Positions 1 to 13,400 of a DNA stretch of 64,000 nucleotides are shown here, piece after piece; the first letter of the stretch is position 1, and each line of letters opens with the position of its first letter. The notes beneath the pieces were generated by a model. It did no database searches, was not told where the DNA came from, and was given only the letters and a program-made list of their open reading frames with translations. The DNA is from Pristiophorus japonicus (Eukaryota). Position numbers and translations under genes: made by a program. The DNA lies in the NCBI RefSeq assembly GCF_044704955.1, contig NC_091991.1, forward strand, positions 17,856,001-17,920,000, given 5' to 3'.

Positions 1-445
1 TAGATTGAGTAGACTGGGTCTTTACTCGTTGGAGTTCAGAAGGATGAGGGGTGATCTTATAGAAACATTTAAAATCATGAAAGGGATAGACAAGATAGAG
101 GCACAGAGGTTGTTTCCATTGGTCGGGGAGACTAGAACTAGGGGGCACAGCCTCAAAATACAGGGGAGCCCATTTAAAACCGAGTTGAGAAGGAATTTCT
201 TCTCCCAGAGGGTTGTGAATCTGTGGAATTCTCTGCCCAAGGAAGCAGCTGAGGCTAGCTCATTGAATGTATTCAAATCACAGATAGATAGATTTTTAAC
301 CAATAAGGGAATTAAGGGTTATGGGGAGCGGGCGGGTAAGTGGAGCTGAGTCCACGGCCAGATCAGCCATGATCTTGTTGAATGGCGGAGCAGGCTCAAG
401 GGGCTAGATGGCCTACTCCTGTTCCTAATTCTTATGTTCTTATAT
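1..445 (+). mobile_element. CR1 LINE 3' end (ORF2 C-terminus and 3' UTR), cut by the window edge
   Basis: ORF 5-349 has LGLYSLEFRRMRGDLIETFK...TRGHSLK...RNFFSQRVVNLWNSLP, the CR1 ORF2 C-terminus, followed by a (TTCTTATG)n tail. Nearly identical to 4301-4753 and to the 3' part of 37954-39165. Confidence 0.95.
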
Positions 446-1315
446 GAGACATAACAGGTAACCCCCCGCAATGTGATGAGTGTGAAAGGAATGGCTTGGG
501 CATTGTCGGGATGCTTTATGGTTTTAGTGTGTGGTGGTGCCAACCTGGCGCATTATGTGGCAGCCAGGGTGTACAGTGTGAAGTGAAATAAATCTGGCCA
601 TGGTGAGGTCATCCCTGGCCTCCCGGGAAACAATGTGCTCGGGTACTGATGCCCTGTGTCCTGTGCAGCATTAGGTGATTGCGGAGAAGATTGATGTTGT
701 TGTTGGCGCAGCCTGGGTGCTGCTGGTGTTGGGGCTGATCATGGTGGGATTCTGAGGACCAAGGTAAGCGCGTATAAAGGACATCATTGTTGATGGAATA
801 GATAGCAGGTGAAGTAGAGATGACAGACACATTCTGTTCATGGCAAGAGAGTTCTTCCAATGAGGTAAGAATGGATGGAGAGTGGAAATCCTGCAGAATC
901 TGTACTGAAAATGGACTGAGAAACAGCTGGAGGGTGGGGAAAGTGATGATCTGTCGGGTGGGAGCTGTTACTGTACCTTTGAAGCTGTGAAGTAATCAGC
1001 TGGAGCAATGGTCATTCAACTCCTGCCTCAGCTTCATAGATGTGATCCCCGAATAGCATGGACCCCGCGGTGAGCAGTTACAGTCAAATGGTAAGTTAAA
1101 AAAGGCTGTTAATCATCTGTCAACTAGATGCTAATGTGTTTAATTGGGCTGGCCGCCACTGCCTGTTGGGTCTGCTCAACGCTGGCAGACCGGCCATTGA
1201 GAAAGGCGTGTTGTGGCGGGTTGACAGTGTGTTCCTGATCCGCTGTCATAAAAAAACAGTTTCCCACGCGACCTGCCACCCATCCTGCCCGCTGACACCC
1301 CGGAAAATCTCAGCC
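446..1315 (-). mobile_element. Degraded PIF/Harbinger-derived element fragment
   Basis: The minus strand near 590-620 reads ARDDLTMARF, resembling a HARBI1-type C-terminus. A GC-rich end with GGAAAATCTCAGCC at about 1302-1315 resembles the termini of other Harbinger elements here. Confidence 0.5.
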
Positions 1316-2782
1316 TTGGACTTTAAAGTCAAGAAGCAAAATGTTGGTCCAAAGTATGGATATTGCCCCATTTATTTATTTTGATACTTTTGTGTGGAGT
1401 ATGATGCTTTACTGTGACTATGAAATGTACTCAAGCACAGCAGCACACACAATGCATGTGAATACAGTGGCACTCTACTCCAGCAAAGCAGCAATACAAT
1501 CAGGGGAAGAGAAAAGCTGGCAGAGAAAACCAGTAATACATTTTAAGAATAAATTATCGGATACATATATTTATCCTGGAATGGAGGCAGTAAAAATGGA
1601 TTGAGAATGATCATTGTTGATAGGACTATGTGTTATCATTGATATTTCTATGAACAATCTTTGATCTGTACTTTTATTTTCTTGAGTTACAGCGTATAAC
1701 TGGTACATGCTGAACATAAGACTACATTTTCCAAGTACGCAGCAGCAGTGAGGAGCTTCACCCACTGCCAGTGCATATCAAAAAATCGGCTCTATGTTGC
1801 CCACAGTTTTCTGATATACACGGGAGTTGACTGAGGTTCCTTACCGCTGGTGCGTACTTGGAAAAATTAGGCCATAGTTTAATATTTGGGAGCAAGTCAA
1901 AAACTTCACATAATAAGGATATTGTAACTATGGTTTCTGTGTTTTAATGGAGCAACTCTGGAAGCTATCCAGATAGATTCAAGCCATGTTCTGGCTTTGT
2001 GCAGAGTCACAATTTAAAATAATTATTCAAACCTTTTTTTAAACGAACCTCCTGCCATTGGTCTCTTTATCAAATTACAATGTGTGATTTGGACTCAGTT
2101 CATGAAATTTAGTTCTCCCAACTCTATTGTAAAGAGTTTTTTACTGCTTAGCGTTATGAAGTAAATTAAATTCACAGGAGGTTTTGATAAATATGTTACC
2201 GGAATGTGTTTCAAAATAAATCAGAATGATTGGACAAAAATTGTGATTTTGTTTGTGAATGGTTTGGGTTGGGTTATTTTTATTTCACTGAGAATAGGTA
2301 CATTGTGTAGATCAGGGAAGTCATTGCCATGTTAAAATTAATATTTCACAATGTACGAAAATGTTCTATTGACCAGATTCTTTCCCTGTGAAAGATACAC
2401 ACAAGTGATCAAAGGAAAATGCAATTCTCTAGGAATTTCATATTATTTCAGTCGCCAGTCGCAGGTCTGCTTGTCGACAGAGTCCAAAACATATCTACTT
2501 TGTTCACACAAAGCAAAGCTGACATGCTACAGAGAAGTTAAACGAGGGGAGTCCTGTGAAATGAATCCTCTGTGCAACAATAATGTATGTCTGTAGTTAA
2601 TCTGATTCCCTCGTGACGAGGAACTGTTTAAACTGAGCCTCTTTTCGTTTGTAGTTTGGAATATTAAACTGAAATATTCCCTAGAATAACAAACAGAAGA
2701 TTCCTGAAATGCAATAGCAGTTGTCACCACCCAAAAAAGAGAAAAGATAGGTTCAAATTGGGAAATGTTGTTTGGAATTTGT

Positions 2783-3848
2783 TAGAACATAAGAACATAA
2801 GAAATAGGTGCAGGAGTAGGCCATACGGCCCCTCGAGCCTGCTCTGCCATTCAATAAGATCATGGCTGATCTGATCTTGGCCTCAATTCCAATTTCCTGC
2901 CTGTTCTCCATAACCAATAACTCCTCTATAGTTCAAGAATTTGTCTATCTCAGCCTTGAATATATTCAATGACCCAGCCTCCACAGCTCTCTCGGCTAGA
3001 GAATTCCAAAGATTCCTGACCTTTTGAGAGAAGAAATTCTCTCCATCTTAAATCGGCGACCCCTTATTCTGAAGCTATGCCCCCTAGTTCTAGATTCCCT
3101 CATGAGGGGGAACACCCTCTCACTATCTACCCTGTCAAACCTCCTCAGAATCTATGGGCCTGAAATTGAAGAACATATCGCCCACTGCCGCCAACTGCCG
3201 CCCACGGCCGCCGACATTCCTCTCGTCGAACCGCCCAGTGCCACTTTCAACGTGGCCTGGAGCGGGCGGTGGGGGGAGAGCCGCCGGGAAGCGCCCGCTG
3301 ACGGCCAAGTCGTGCAACTGATCTCCTGCCCGCCGAGCTGCGATATTGATGTGGGCGGGAGTTGGCGGGAGTCGGTGGCAGAACAGGGGCTGGACCGCTG
3401 GCTGGAGGCTGGTCTGTCCCTGGCGTTAGGTCGGAAGATGGGGAGAAAAAGGTTGGTATGCTTTTTGTAATTTCTTTCTTTACAGGAACTGGAGGTCCCC
3501 TGAAGGTCTTCAGAATTTCTTTTTATGCTTTTGCTTTTCAGGTCTTCGACCCTCTGTGGGCCCGACTCCATCTTTGGCGGCTCTTGGGCGGCAAGTGCCT
3601 TTGCCACCGAGAAGGATTGGCAGCTTACATCGTTTATTTGCCACCCACCGACCTTCGAGGGACCTCTCTGATGAAAACCCCGCCCAAAGTACCGTCAGGC
3701 ACCTCAGCGGCCATCGGCGGTCCTTTGGGCGGCACTCGGGCGGGCGATGGCCTTCATCAAATTCGGGCCCTATATGTTTCAATACGATCACCTCTCATTC
3801 TTCTAAACTCCAATGGATACAGGCCCAACCTGCTTAACCTGTCCTTTT
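2783..3848 (-). mobile_element. CR1 LINE 3' fragment interrupted by a MITE
   Basis: (AGAACATA)n tail at 2783. Antisense CR1 3' UTR/ORF2 stops at 3155 and resumes at 3771. Confidence 0.9.
3156..3770. mobile_element. Harbinger-type MITE
   Basis: TIRs GGGCCTGAAATTGAAGAA / TTCATCAAATTCGGGCCC. 3-bp TSD TAT at 3153-3155 and 3771-3773. No transposase. Confidence 0.88.
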
Positions 3849-4300
3849 GTTAGTGAGGTTATGGTGCATAGGAAGATAAGTGGACTCACAGATTGTTAGT
3901 GTGTGCCCTCAGCCACATAATGGTGCTTCAGCCATACAATAAAGGCATCCATGTCAACACGTTTGAAGATGATGTTGGGGATGGCACTGAAAGAACGAAG
4001 AGCTACATGTTCAGAGGGAGATAAATTACAGTAAGTAAGGCGTTGGAGAAATTCAGCTGGCTGATATCATAATAATAATTCACCATGAAAAAAGATGCAA
4101 GAGGCCAGAGGGAGGAATTTTATCTGAAATGACCCTTACATTTTTGAACATTTTTATGGAAAATACCACCAAAATTCCTCTGCTGTTGGAGCACAACAAT
4201 CCTGCAATCTGGGCAGGGGGCGCAATTTGGGGTAGTAACTACCTCAAACCAGATCTCTATCCCTTTCTACCTGCAATCCAAAATTATAATGCGGGAGGTC

Positions 4301-4753
4301 ATAAGAACATAAGAACATAAGAATTAGGAACAGGAGTAGGCCATCTAGCCCCTCGAGCCTGCTCCGCCATTCAACAAGATCATGACTGATCTGGCCGTGG
4401 ACTCAGCTCCACTTACCCACCCGCTCCTCATAACCCTTAATTCCCTTATTGGTTAAAAATCTATCTATCTGTGACTTGAATACATTCAATGAGCTAGCCT
4501 CAACTGCTTCCTTGGGCAGAGAATTCCACAGATTCACAACCCTCTGGGAGAAGAAATTCCTTCTCAACTCGGTTTTAAATGGGCTCCCCCGTATTTTGAG
4601 GCTGTGCCCCCTAGTTCTAGTCTCCCCTACCAGTGGAAACAACCTCTCTGCCTCTATCTTGTCTATCCCTTTCATTATTTTAAATGTTTCTATAAGATCA
4701 CCCCTCATCCTTCTGAACTCCAACGAGTAAAGACCCAGTCTACTCAATCTATC
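4301..4753 (-). mobile_element. CR1 LINE 3' fragment (young subfamily)
   Basis: Antisense copy of the element at 1-445. TSD AGGTC at 4296-4300 and 4754-4758. Confidence 0.95.
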
Positions 4754-4829
4754 AGGTCGGGAAATAGGCTTTTTGTGCCTCCCCCACCCTGTCCTAAAAG
4801 AGTTAGGACACACTAGATTTCCTGCTCGA

Positions 4830-6780
4830 TCATCCTTTTCTGAGGCCAATGTTAAATGCACCTCCATACTTGCTGTAGGAAGGCATAAGCAGTGCCCATA
4901 AATGCAGTCTCCCAATATAAATCATTCTCAGAGTGATCAATTGCAGTTGTCTTCTGTTATAATAGTTCTGTCTCCTCAAAGGAACAACCAAGTGTCACTG
5001 CAATACCCCAGGCTCCTGTATAGTAGATGCCCATGAAAGGTTATAAGTAGCACATATGCATGCCCCCTTTATATAAATCTCCCCACCACTGTGATGTGGA
5101 TCAGGGTCAAAGCTGGGCAAGACTGGCAGTTGGAAATCCAGTAGAAACTGTAAATGCAGAACCGTAAATCCTTCTGTGATAAGTTCAGTACAAGTCTTTT
5201 TTTACCCCCCAAAGAGGAGTTCACTAATCAAGAGATGGCATCATATCTCTTTCTGTTTCGCAACATCTTCTCTGCATTCCTGTACAATCTCAAGTTCATG
5301 CAGACCTCAGCTGCTGAACTGTGATCACCCCAGGGTTCCACTCCATTGGCACTAGAAAGAATGCTTCCTTTCCCATGGGATTAGGGTATTTGGTTCTTCC
5401 ATTGGCGGATATAGAAACATAGAAACATAGAAAATAGGTGCAGAAGTAGGCCATTCGGCCCTTCGAGCCTGCACCAACATTCAATATGATCATGGCTGAT
5501 CATGCAACTTCAGTACCCCATTCCTACTTTCTCTCCATACCCCTTGATCCCTTTAACCATAAGGGCCACATCTAACTCCCTTTTGAATATATCTAATGAA
5601 CTGGCCTCAACAACTTTCTGTGGTAGAGAATTCCAAAGCTTCTCCTCATCTCGGTCCTAAATGGCTTACCCCTTATCCTTAGACTGTGACCCCTGGTTCT
5701 GGACTTCCCCAACATCAGGAACATTCTTCCTGCATCTAACCTGTCCAGTCCCATCAGAATTTTATATATTTCAATGAGATCCACTCTCATTCTTCTAAAT
5801 TCCAGTGAATATAAGCCTAGTCGATCCAGTCTTTCTTCATATGTCAATCCTGCTACCCCAGGAATCAGTCTAGTGAACCTTCGCTGCATTCCCTCAATAA
5901 CAAGTATGTCCTTCCTCAGATTAGGAGACCAAAACTGTACACAATATTCAAGATGTGGCCTCACCAAGGCCCTGTACAACTGCAGTAAGACTTCCCTGCT
6001 CCTATACTCAAATCTCCTTGCTATGAAGGCCAGCATGCCATTTGCTTTCTTTACTGCCTGCTGTACCTGCATGCCTACCTTCAATGACTGATGTACCATG
6101 ACACCCAGGTCTCGTTGCACCTCCCCTTTTCCTAATCTGTCACCATTCAGATAATATTCTGCCTTCCAGTTTTTGCCACTAAAGTGGATAACCTCACATT
6201 TATCCACATTGTACTGCATCTGCCATGCATCTTCACAAGTTCTTGATAAGGATAAGTTGTTTATAAATGTGATTCAACCGTTATCCCTTTTGGGTGGATC
6301 CCCTGCCACTTTAAAAAATAATTTTAAGGCAACACTTTATTTTTCTCCTCATTGCTTGGTTTCCCTGTGCCATGCATCAACTGTAGTCAAGAATGCGGAT
6401 GATATATTCTCAAAGTCACTTTTAATAAGGAGATCCTCACTCATCGTAAATCCTAAGAACGCTTTCCTCATTTTCCTGAGCTTCTGCCAGTAAAGGATAG
6501 TTTCCAAATAGCCTAGAAATGACGTCAATCCTTTAATTGAGAATGCTGATCTTCAGCGTCCCTATTGTGTCCTGAATGCTACGGTGCTTCAATGCTCGAT
6601 GACAATCTTTCTTTGCTGAATGGGATTTCATATCATAATCTACCCTGATGGATGTTTTTTGTCCATCGAATGAAAGTAGGTTGGTTGGCTTCACATTCAG
6701 GCAATACTTCATCTCCTTTGTATGATAAAGTTGAAGCAACTTGCATGCAATGGATTACTATCTGAATCAATTACACTGCT
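4830..6780 (-). pseudogene. Possible fossil integrase-core (IS3EU-like) transposase, split by the CR1 at 5412-6230
   Basis: Minus-strand fragments KYCLNVKPTN, SIRVDY, ILN*RIDV (NQRIE-like, CAA>TAA), YWQKL and DIRQWKNQIP*SHGK lie in the order expected for integrase-core transposases. Many stops and frameshifts. Confidence 0.35.
5412..6230 (-). mobile_element. CR1 LINE 3' fragment
   Basis: ORF 5593-6219 MQYNVDKCEVIHF...YRALVRPHLEYCVQFWSP and a (AGAAACAT)n tail. Confidence 0.95.
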
Positions 6781-7533
6781 TAAAAGTCTCTTGGTTAATA
6801 CAACTGGCTGTCCCTTTCACTGTTGCCTTTGGATGTTGGGTGAGAAATGGCTCTTGGCTGAAACTTGCTGATGTACATATTAATCACTACTCTGTAAGCC
6901 TTTAGAACTGGCAATAGTAATGAAATGGAACTGCATATTAACACCAAACAGAAAATTACATAGTATTAAACGATATACGGCCCAGAAACAGGCCATTCAG
7001 CCCAACCAGTCCATGCCGACGTTTATGCTCCAACCGAGCTTCCTTCCGTCTTTCCTCATCTAAATCTAGCAGCATAACCCTCTATTCCCTTCTCCCTCAT
7101 ATGCTTGTCTAGCCTCCCCTTAAATGCATCGATACTATTGGCTTCAACCACTCCCTGTGGTCGCGAGTTCCACATTCTCACCACTCTCTGGGTAAAGAAT
7201 TTTCTTCTGTATTCCCTATTGGATTTCTTGGTGACTATCTTATATGGATGGCCTCTAGTTATGCTCTTCCCCACAAGTGGAAACATTCTCTCTGTATCCC
7301 CTCTATCAAAACCTTGCATAATTTTAAAGACCTCTATTAGTTCACCCCTGAGCCTTCTTTTTTCAAGAGAAAAGAGACCCAGCCTGTTCATCTTTTCCTG
7401 ATATGTATACCCTCACATTTCTGGTATCATCCTTGTAAATGTTCTCTGCACCCTCTCCAATGCCTCTCACCTAGTGGAAATATCCTGGTGTAATTGATTC
7501 AGATAATAATCCATTGCATGCAAGTTGCTTCAA
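6731..7533. repeat. 46-bp inverted repeat pair (6731-6776 and 7488-7533)
   Basis: TTGAAGCAACTTGCATGCAATGGATTACTATCTGAATCAATTACAC matches the reverse complement of 7488-7533 at 45 of 46 positions. Confidence 0.92.
6955..7468 (-). mobile_element. CR1 LINE 3' fragment (second family)
   Basis: ORF 7056-7391 MNRLGLFSLEKRRLRGELIEVFKIM...FFTQRVVRMWNS. Same family as 53500-54110. Confidence 0.9.
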
Positions 7534-10472
7534 TTCTTCAGCCACGCAGCAGCACACTCTCAGCTTGAATGGTTTATTCTGGGATCTTGAAAGGACTGCG
7601 TGAAACTGACAAAGAAGATAACAAGACAGAAAAGTGGCAATTTGTATTTAAATATTCATTCCTTTAAAGCAAATTATTTTACCACACATAGGCCTAGAAA
7701 TTGAACAAGGTCCAAAAATGGGCACAGGGATTACAATGCGCAATTAACCTGCGCCCGTTTCTTCTGATGTAGGCAGCTGAATGCACTGTTGAGTGGCTGC
7801 ATGCCTCGGCTGGGGGCCCAAGTTCGTGCGAGGCTTGCACCAATTAAAGCTAGCCTGCACTACTCAAAGGCAGCCTGCATCTCTTAAAGGTGAGGTGCCT
7901 TCTAGCTTCAGTAGGTGCTGGAAATGACTGGGAATTAGATTGTAAGCAAAAAGATGTACTGATGGCATAACAGGTCAGAGAGCAGGCTCCAAGATCATCT
8001 GACGCAGCACTGGAGCCCTGGGTGCAGGAGATGGACAGGAGGAGGGAAGTCCTGTTATCCAAAGGGAGGCAAGAGGTCCTCCAGACAAACTCTGAGAAGG
8101 TAATAGGAGCAAGTAGCCATTGCGGTCAACACCTAAGGACCTGGATGCAGTGCCGCCAGAAATCTAATGACCTCACATGAGTGGTCAAGGTCAGTGAATT
8201 CATCCTCAAGTGCCATATCCTTACAACTACATCACTAATCTCATACACTGCTCAATTCACCACCTCCCTTCACTCACCTAACAAGAATCTCTAAAAATCA
8301 CCACTCATATCTCAGTCATAGCTTCACCTCACCCTCACACACTTACCGCTGCTGCAAGCCTCACACCCATACCTCACAGCTTGCCCGCACTGCCAGTTAT
8401 TCAACTATGACAGGCACATCACCCAAACACATTGCACCACACTCACTGATACGCTTCCCTCCGTCTCGCAGGACAAGGTGGCTATCCATTGGGAGACAGG
8501 CGCGCTGCATGACCTAACCCCCACAGAGGAGGCATTGGTGCTGGAGATTAGTGGAGCGGCCATCGCTGAACCCGTGTCCACTGGCGGGGCTCAAATAATC
8601 CAAGCTGATGGTCTCCTCAGACCTAATCCTCCTTCTCATATCCCACTTCCCCCTTGTCCCACAATCTCTTCTGATTTACATGCTGCAGGTGGTGGAAGCT
8701 TGCACCCCTTACATTTGCCCCTCCCCTCATCGCTACTCAACCCTTATGCCTTTCTCCTTTCAGATAGCCAAGGACTTTAACCTGGCCAGCCAGTGGCGGA
8801 GGAGCAGGAACTCCAAGAGAAAGAAGGCCGTGATGCACCGTCACTCGATTTCACACTCGCAGCCACCAGCTCCGACACTGAGGGGTCGAAATTCAATACC
8901 GCTGATTTTGAGGCGGTGTCACCGGCTGAGATGATTTTTTAACGGCAGGCGTTAGGCGCGGCCCCGAAACTCGAAATTCAGTTTTGCCTCTTGAAAAGTG
9001 GATAGCAGCATTAATTCATGATGGTGCACATTTACCTGGAGACGGTAAGCGGCGTTGAGCGGGCCGTTACGTAGAGCCTCAACATGCGGGCATTAGGCAG
9101 CGTTTGGAGCTGCGCTACAGGCATAGTGGAGCCACCTGGATTCCATTGAGGCGTTAATTGTCTGCCTCACTGCCTCGTGGTTACATTCACTTCCTACGCA
9201 CTCACTCAGATGGTGAGGATGGCAGACCTAGCCACAGCTCGTCAGCGTGCCCACAGTTCTCGGCCGCCGCCCTGAACGCACTCCTTGATGCCCTGGAGAG
9301 GCGACGTGGACCAACTCAAAGAGGCCTCTGGAGGGAGATCTCAGATCAACTTTCGGCGAGTGACACGGTGGCCAGGGCAACCATTCAATGCCGACAAAAG
9401 TGGAACGAGATGATGCGGTTGGTGAGGATGAGTACCGTAACTTTGAGCCAGTACCATGCTAAGCTCTGATCTCACTGTGCACTCTCTGCTCAATGTAATG
9501 TTTCAGCATCCATGCTCTACGTGGGTGAGACCAGACGCAAGGTTCCCATTGAAGCCTCACCCACTGCAAGGGCCTGCATGTGCAGTTAAGCCTGCAGACC
9601 CAGCCCTGATGTTGTTAATTCCTCAGTCTTCATAGGCATCTCAAAGATGGTAGCCTCCCTGTTACTGGAAGGTCCTGGCCCCCTAACTCAAGCATTGCCA
9701 CAACAAGTCCACGCAGCAAATGGAAGTTACATCGAACTGTGAAGACTCTCAGACAGTTACATCCACTAAACTATATAAGGCACTTGGGACACACTGATCG
9801 AAGGGATCTAACTCAGACATACTCTTTCACCTTACAGGACAAGCACACCCACAACTGCAGGGAGCAGATACGGATTGCAGGAGGGGACTCTGACCTGCAG
9901 GTCCTGACTCCGTTCAAGGAATGCTTCTCAGCCCTGATGGGTGTTCAAGTTGGTGTGATGGCGATGGGTGAGGCCAAACCCCCTGGTGAGAGTGACGGTA
10001 TGTTGAGTTCCTTTGCAGCACCTGGCAGGCCACTTAGGCCCGACACCACAAGCATTCAGCTCTCTCCATGAGACTGGCATTGTTGAATCCGTGTCTCGCT
10101 CCTGGCCCCCTCCCCTGCAGCTAATCACTCTTCTCTGGCTTTGTGCTTTCAGATGAAGACTCAGACAGCCAGGGGCCTGCACGTCAGCCTTACACTGCGG
10201 GTATTGGTGGAGAAGACGAGGAGGTGGCGGACACCTCTCTGGATGTGACTGAGTATCCAGCATCCTCACAGAGCAGGGCCAGCAGCTTTACTTCGGAAGA
10301 CGTGATCGGGAGATGGAGGTGGGTGATGCTCTGGGACCAGTGGTCAGCAGCAACGCCACGGGGGATGGAAGGTCAGGGGGTCAGCTCACCGGAGAGTGAG
10401 TGTGCGCCTGAGTGATGCTCAGTAGTATTCTTATGATGAGGCGGACTAAAAGGATCTCGCACGACAGTCATT

Positions 10473-13400
10473 AGAACATAAGAACATAAGAAGCAGGAGT
10501 AGGCCATTTGGCCTCTCGAACCTGCTCCGTCAATAAAATCATGGCTGATCTGATCTTGGACTCAGCTCCACTTCCCTGCCCACTCCCCATAACCATTTAC
10601 TCCCTTATCGCTCAAAAGTCTCTCTATCTCCACCTTAAATATATTCAATGACACAGTCACAGCTCTCTGGGGCAGAGAATTCCACATAATTACAACCCTC
10701 TGAGAAAAGAAATTCCTCCTCATCTCAGTTTTAAATGGGCGACCCCTTATTCTAAAATTATAGACCCTAGTTCTAGACTTCCCTCATGAGTGGACACATC
10801 CTCTCTGCATCTACCTTGTCGAGCCCCCTCATAATCTAAATGTCTCAATAAGATCACTTCTCATTCTTCTGAATTCCAATGTGTACAGGCTCAACCTGCT
10901 CAACTTTTGTTCATAAATCAACCCCTTCATCTCAGGAATCAATCGAGTGAACCTTCTTTGAATGGCCTCCAATGCCAGTATATCCCTCCTTAAATAAGGA
11001 GACCAATCTGTACGCAGTACTCTAGGCGTGGCCTCACCAATACCGTGTACAGTTGTAGCAGGACTTCTCTGCTTTTATACTCCATCCCCCTTGCAATAAA
11101 GACCAACATTCCATTTGCCTTCCTGATTACTTGCTGTACCTATTGTGTTCCTAACACAGATGAGGCTGCACACAGGGAGGCTAAAGTAACAGTGACCTCA
11201 GTCTTTAATAAGACACTCCAGAGTGAGGAACAGGCCTTAGGGGCCGGCTTATATACCGTGCTCCCAAGGGATGCTGGGATCCCTCGGGACTTCAGGGGAT
11301 GAGCTCACTGGTGGCGGAACATGGGAGTGCATGCTTTACAGACACACACTCCGCACCCCCCAAATCAAAGTGAAAACTATTTGCAAGGTGAGGCCGTCGG
11401 GAGCCTTTTTTTCCCTGGTGGACCGCCTTGGTACAAATGTCTGTTCTGGTGTTTAGGCTGGGCCCTCGCTGGGCTGGCATGTTGTTGGCCCTGCAGGGCT
11501 TCTGGGCTGTTGGGCGTGATGGGTTCGATTTCCTGGTCCAGCGTGGTGTCGTTGATCCTTTGGGTGTGTGTTTTGGCTCGAAAAAGGTGGTGTCTGCTGT
11601 GAGTTGTTCAGGGCAGTCTGAGAACCGCAGCCTCGTTTGGTCCAGGCGCTTTCTGCAAATTTGTCCATTGTCTAGTTTGACTAAAACACCCTACTCCCTT
11701 CTTTAGCTATCACTGTGCCCGCGATCCACTTGGGACCATGTCCATTGTTTAGCACATACACAGGGTCATTCAGATCAACTTCCTGTGACACAGTGGCGTG
11801 ACCATCGTTTACATTTTGTTGCTGCCGCCTGCTCTCTACCTGATCATGCAGGTTGGGGTGAACCAGCGAGAGTCTGGTTTTAAGTGTCCTTTTCATGAGT
11901 AGCTCAGCCGGGGGCACCCCTGTGAGCGAGTGGGGTCTCGTGCGGTAGCTGAGCAGTACTCGGGACAGGCGGGTTTGGATAGAGCCTTCTGTGACTCGTT
12001 TAAGGCTCTGTTTGATGGTTTGTACTGCCCGCTCTGCCTGCCCATTGGAGGCTGGTTTAAACGGGGCCGAGGTGACATGTTTGATGCCATTGCGGGTCAT
12101 GAGTTCTTTATATTCGGCACAGGTGAAACATGGCCCGTTGTCACTGACCAGTATGTCAGGCAGGCCGTGGGTGACAAACATGGCCCTCAGGCTTTCAATG
12201 GTGGCGGTGGTGGTGCTTCCTGACATTATTTCACATTCAATCCATTTTGAAAAAGCATCCACCACCACCAGGAACATTTTACCACGAAACAGGTCCGCAT
12301 AGTCAACATGGATCCTCGACCATGGTCTGGAGGGCCAGGACCACAAACTTAGTGGTGTCTCTCTGGGCGCGTTGCTCAACTGAGCGCATACACTGCATTG
12401 CCGTAGACAGGACTCTAAGTCAGAGTCGATACCGGGCCACCACATGTGGGATCTGGCTATCGCTTTTATCATTACTATACCCGGTGTGTGCTGTGGATGT
12501 CCGAGATGAATGTCTCCTTACCCTTTTTTGGTAGCACTACGCGGTTACCCCACAACATGCAGTCTGCCTGAATGGACAGCTCGTGCTTTCACCGCTGGAA
12601 CACCTTGATTGGCTCTTGCATTTCAACGGGGATGCTGGCCCAGCTCCCATGCAGTACACAGTTTTTTTATGAGGGACAGCAGAGGATCTTGGCTGGTTCA
12701 TGTCCTAATCTGGCGGGCCGTGACAGGTGATTTATCATTTTCAAATGCTTCCATGACAATCAACACGTCTGCGGGCTGCGTCACCATCAACAAGTTTGCA
12801 GACTGCGCCATTTCCACCGCCGTGGTGGGCAATGGTAGCCGACTGAGAGCATCAGCATAGTTCTCGGTGCCTGGCCTGTGGCGGATGGAATAGTTATACG
12901 CTGATAGCCGCGAGTGCCCACCTTTGTATGCGGGCTGAGGCATTAGTATTTATCCCCTTGTTTTCAGTGAACAGGGATGTGAGAGGCTTGTGATCGGTTT
13001 CCAGCTCAAATTTGAGGCCAAACAGGTACTGATGCATTTTCTTTACCACGAACACACACGCTAATGCCTCTTTCTCAATCATGCTGTAGGCCCTCTCGGC
13101 CTTAGACATGCTCCTGGAAGCATATGCGACAGGTTGCAACTTCCCCGCAACGTTAGCTTGTTGTAATACACACCCGACTCTGTACGACGACGCATCACAT
13201 GCTAGCACAAGTCTTTTACACGGGTTATACAATGCAAGCAGCTTGTTGGAGCATAAAATGTTTCTGGCTTTCTCAAAAGCAATTACTTGTTTTTTTTCCC
13301 CATATCCAGTTCTCACCTTTGCGCAATCATACATGTAGGGGCTCTAAAAGGGTGCTTAATTCCGGTAGGAAGTTACCAAAATAGTTGAGGAGTCCCAGGA

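Noticed and set aside
22-303. Recurrent ORF MVKNLSICDLNTFNELAS and similar ORFs
   Set aside because: Antisense frame of CR1 ORF2; it recurs only because the LINE recurs.
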